The notes beneath the pieces were generated by a model. It was not told where the DNA came from. It worked only from the letters and a program-made list of their open reading frames with translations, and searched no databases. A stretch of DNA of 64,000 nt from the human T2T-CHM13v2.0 reference genome, Homo sapiens, in assembly GCF_009914755.1 (NCBI RefSeq), contig NC_060931.1. The stretch is one strand, 5' to 3'. This document shows positions 59,496 through 64,000 of this stretch, one piece after another. A program made the position numbers and the translations under genes. Within the stretch, counting starts at the first letter, position 1. The number at the start of each line of letters is the position of its first letter.

Positions 59496-61765
59496 AGATG
59501 AGAATATTATCTCAAGAATGGAGCAACAGGAAATAGAGGAACTGTTCTAAAAAATTGTTTGGAAGTTTTACTGAGAATTTTTGTAGAATAAGATAGAATG
59601 ACCTAAAATTTCATTCTTCGAAATGGATTCTGTTATGTTTCAAATTAGTGGGATTTTCATGCAGAGTTAAAGATATAAGAAATTAGGTAGTATTTTCTAA
59701 GTTTGTTAATCCATTTAAACATGAAAGGTATTTTACTTAATTGGTTACAAGAATTAAGAATACAACTAGTATTTGTTATAATATATGATAGTAGAGCCAC
59801 AACGTTATTAGTTATAGAACTTATTTGGACTGTGTTTGAGAGTATTTGTTGAACCCTGATTAAAAAGTAAAAATACCAGTATTCAGAACCTTATAAAATC
59901 TACATCCAGCCTTTATTAATATACACTTTCCATAGTACTTCCACAGTGGCACAATGTGAACCTGAAAAAGAGTATTGATACTAATATTGTTTTACGAGTT
60001 TTTAGTGAAGCATTGCCTCCTCATAGTATTCTTTAATGATAAGGGGGTTTTTTTGGCCTCAATTTAATTAACTCATAAATAGTAATGGGATTCAGCTGTC
60101 TTTACTTTTACATGATTGGTTTACCTTTGATTTTTTTTCATGAAAGAAAAATATAGGATGAGGTGACAAAATAAATGTCTGTTGCAGTCAACATTTGATA
60201 ATATAATTGTTTAAGGATAAGAAATAATTTTTTTATACTTCATCCATTCAACAAATATTTATTGAGTACCTGCCTACTCTGAAGCATTTCTACTTATATA
60301 AATTCTAGGAATTTGAGCAGAATGTTTTCTAGAGTTTCTAGTACTTCTGTGAAATCAGATAAACCGATTTGACTTGACTTCTTAAAATCCATTAAAAGAA
60401 TCCTAAAACCACCTGCTAACTGCAGAGCTTGGTTTACAGTTTTACCAAAATTTGTGGAAAGTGTGCTTGAATCACAGTCAAGAGACATAGGTTGAAGTAT
60501 TGACTTAAACATACAGCTTGTTGAAAGGAAGTCATTTTAATGCTTTGTGCCTCAGTTTCTTCATTTGTGAAAAGATGCTATTGAACTAGACTTTTTTGGA
60601 ATCCTTTTTGCTCGAATGTTTTATACTTTCTATATTGTAATTTTTGTAGGAGAAATATGACACAAGAAATATACATTCTAAATAATTTTTTGAGCAGTTT
60701 TTGTTAGAAGATTTGCATATTGGTGTCTGTATTAGAGAGGATTAGTATTGAGGTTTATGACTAGGTGAATTTATTTAGTGATCATGATAAAGACTTTCAA
60801 TTTAGGATTATGTATCATTTAGGACAGGTGTCTTCTGCAGGTGGTACTAAGGGAGACTCTAACTATGGATCTGCAAAATCATTTAAGAGTTTTTCTTAGG
60901 TGCTCATGGCTAACAGTATTTAGTTGTGTTCTTTTTAACCATTAATGAAATTATGCTTCTCATAGCTTCAGATGCTTTGAGATTCTTAACCCTTCTTTCA
61001 TAGCAAATCATATAAGTTCATTCATACAGTCCATTTGGCAAACACTTACGGAACCAGGCAGTTACTAATCATTGAAGATGCAGAGAGGTACAAGACTGTT
61101 CCTAACTCAACCTGAGTGGGGGAGACAAGCAAAAATAGATAATTGCAGAGGAGTAGAGGCACAACAGAGTTCAGCTAGGAGAGGATGTGGAGTAGGTAGA
61201 AATGTATTCAGGATCTTTTAGAGTTGGCGATTAATTTTTTTAAGAAAGATTACAGTTTTATGGGGTGAGTTGTTGAGTAGAGGTTGGGGACAAGGATACT
61301 GATTAAGAAGAAAACAGGAACATAAGGTATAGGAAATGGAGAAGGGTTGCATTGGAAGGACATTTAAAAAGCAGAATTTAAGATTGATGATTTTATTGGA
61401 TTTGGAAGGTGGAAGAACCTGTGAAAGGCACTGGGATTGAAGGTGCTGTGATGTTGTCTTTTCTCAGAATAGACAGTATTGTTTTCTTTTAGAGAAAGTG
61501 TCTGATGAGATGTTCGAAAACAAAAGAAAAACAAAATTAAGATGTACACACGATTTTTCTCTGTATATCTTGATTTATGATGTGTCTTTTCTTCAGTGTT
61601 AGCCCCAGAAAGGACAGGCATGTGACACATATTAAAATACATCATCTTAATCACTTGATTGTGTTATAAAGCTGGATTAAAATGTGATCCAATAACCTTT
61701 TATTAAAATGTTCTATAAATCATTTTGCCCAAAACCTCTTTTTAAATTGTAACTTCAACAGTATT

Positions 61766-61779
61766 CCACTAGATGGCAC
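61766..61779 (+). promoter_or_regulatory. CTCF core motif CCACTAGATGGCAC
   Basis: Match to CCASYAGRKGGCRS in VPS50 intron 2. Confidence 0.7.
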
Positions 61780-62157
61780 TAAAAGCCTGAAGAAAAACAG
61801 GGTAGGCTTTAAAAGATAAGTTTATTTAAAATGCACACAGAAACTGATGAACCGGCTATCTTTGACGGATTATTATTGTTGTTCTAGTGGGATTTTAGGA
61901 GAACGTGCCATTTCCTCATGTAATCAGACATCTGGCCATTCATTATAAACTTACGTGGCATGTGGTTTTAGGGTATCTGTGATCTTGAAATAAGTTTTGA
62001 ATCCTGTTTCATTTGGAAAGAGATAAAATCTATTTCTGTTCAGTGATTAATGACTTTTGTAATACTGACTGAATATTGAAAACTTCATGTTTTGTTCTTA
62101 CTTCTAGCTCTGTTTAGATTTTGGTCACTAAACGCTTCTTTTTTTTTTTGCTTTCAG

Positions 62158-62185
62158 TTAGAGCCCTAACGTGATGTTAACTTTG
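62158..62185 (+). CDS. VPS50: VPS50 alternative microexon (28 nt from CAG acceptor, or 24 nt from TAG acceptor with exon start 62162)
   Basis: Branch-like CACTAAAC (62126-62133), long T tract, ctttcag|TTAG|AGCCCTAACGTGATGTTAACTTTG|GTAAGA; contains ATG TTA ACT TTG (MLTL). Confidence 0.7.
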
Positions 62186-62360
62186 GTAAGATTATAGCTT
62201 CCGTTTTCCCTATAACAGAATAGATTTTTTATGTTGACGAATGAAGAAATGCAAACAGTAAAAAAAAGTCTTTGATCAAAGATTTGCTGTGGCAAACCGC
62301 AAATCATGCTTGTAAAATTTCTCCACTTTCCTTCTCAACACACACACACACATACACTGC

Positions 62361-62427
62361 ATTCTGCCATTGAGTTATATAATCAGCTATATAAGCACTA
62401 TATTCTGCCACTGAGTTATATAATCAG
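62361..62427 (+). repeat. 41-bp-period tandem duplication, 2 copies of a 26-nt core
   Basis: attctgcca(t/c)tgagttatataatcag at 62361-62386 and 62402-62427. Confidence 0.9.
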
Positions 62428-64000
62428 GTGTATAATGTGGACTGGTCTAATGAGCTAAGTACAGAAAGAGGAGTTGGTGTGCATTTCATTTTTTATTCTA
62501 TATATTTTTTTCAGAGTTTTGAAATCTGACCTGTGAAGTAAAGATTTGCATTCATATTTTTGTTTGAATAAAAACTAGTACTGAAGATTATGAGATTCCA
62601 AGCTGTTATGTGGGTTTAGAAATTAGGTTAAATTACTTTTCAAAATTGCAGAAAATATTGAGTTTAATAATGGTAAGGAAAACTGTTAAGCTGTCATAAC
62701 TTTTTATAAAAGTGAATAGAATTAAGAGCCCTGAATTTGGATTAGTATTTTTAATTAGTGTGGTATTTTAGATAATTTAAAAGTAGTGATTAAATACAAA
62801 ATTAGTAGTCTCTCTTTTTTTCCTCCTAAACTTGAATATATTCCCTTGAGTGATGAACTCTTAAGTGGAAAATTTTTTGGTAAAGTTATAGCCTAGTTCC
62901 TTAGAAACCACAAACATACTGGGAATGTATCATAATACCTTACATTTGAGGGCTCAAATTGTTTTACATAGCTGAATCCCCAATTCCCATAATACCTTTT
63001 TTGTTGTATTGAGAGGAAAAGTAGCTTTGCTAAATCAAAGATGTTGACTTAAATCTCTAATATGATTGTTTTTCTTCACTTTTCATAAAGTTATATTTCT
63101 GATGTACATTTATGTACATGTTCATGTAGCTTTATCTCAGACATGATCAAAATAGAAAAATAGACTAGGTGGTATTATATGCAACCTTATTGCATGTTGT
63201 GACTGCTGGAAAAACACAGCCTCTAAAACGTTGAATTCTGCTTGGTTTATTACATTAAGAAAATATTGAATATTTTTGCCTGTTTTTGATATAGCCTAAC
63301 CTGAGGCAGTGATATGTGTTAAGATGTTTTACTTTTAGTGAAGAAAATATGGTTCTAATATACAAAAAATATGTTGAATTTAAACAAATCTCAGTTGTTG
63401 CATTTGTCTTTTGGCATACATGCAGACTCTCCCTTGTGACATTTTTCTATCCTGCGGAAGCCACCCTTTATTGCTTTAACCTGTTGTGCACTTTCTCGAT
63501 TCAATATTTTTACTTTTGCTTTGCTTTATATTTGTAACCCTATTCTCCCAATTTCTAAATCTGAAATTCTACCTATTCTCTCATATTTTCCAAATGCCAC
63601 CACTTCCATCAGATGTGAACCCACCGTCTGATGCCTTCATTCTGTTTGCATCACCCTCATGTTCTGCTGTGCATTGTCATTGCTTACTTATTCATCTGAC
63701 CCCTCCTATTATTTTAACAACTGTTTGAGGGAAGAGCTATATTTTACTCATTTTCGTTCCTGTATGACCTAGTATGGGAAATTTTTACATAATGGGAATT
63801 TAAAAAATTGTTAAATGAAATTTGTTTTTTAGGGGAAGATAAGGTTATAGAGCTTTGAAAGTAGGCAGGTTAGTTTCTAATGATAGTATGGGAGAGAGAT
63901 TTGATTTGTTCATTTTTTGCCTTTTATGCTTTTGTTTTCTCCTCTTTGTTATTCCAATTCATTACTTTAATTGTAGTTTTTTTCTCCAGCTTTAATTCTG

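Overview
AT-rich, repeat-laden primate (most likely human, chr7q21) genomic DNA containing the complete HEPACAM2 (Miki) gene on the minus strand and the promoter plus first exons of VPS50 (CCDC132/syndetin) on the plus strand, arranged head to head. The ten HEPACAM2 coding exons were rebuilt from GT-AG boundaries: 79+351+285+297+126+25+38+74+110+4 = 1389 nt, i.e. 462 aa plus stop, giving signal peptide, IgV, two IgC2, TM and cytoplasmic tail. The rest is mostly Alu, MIR, L1, L2 and DNA-transposon relics and microsatellites. There is no CRISPR array, RNA gene or novel multi-gene system. The most interesting signals are isoform switches and regulatory architecture visible in the sequence: (1) a second reading frame open across HEPACAM2 exons 7-10, reached by skipping a 25-nt microexon; (2) a VPS50 24/28-nt microexon with tandem acceptors (in-frame insert versus stop-and-restart) and an SRRM3/4-type UGC; (3) a candidate alternative terminal exon in HEPACAM2 intron 8; (4) an intronic poly(A) signal that could yield a secreted ectodomain; (5) a last intron whose retention leaves the protein unchanged; (6) a ZNF143-type bidirectional promoter bracketed by divergent CTCF motifs. 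Gene identities rest on recognising the translated proteins from memory, and some of these isoforms may already be annotated. Coordinates of old repeats are approximate.
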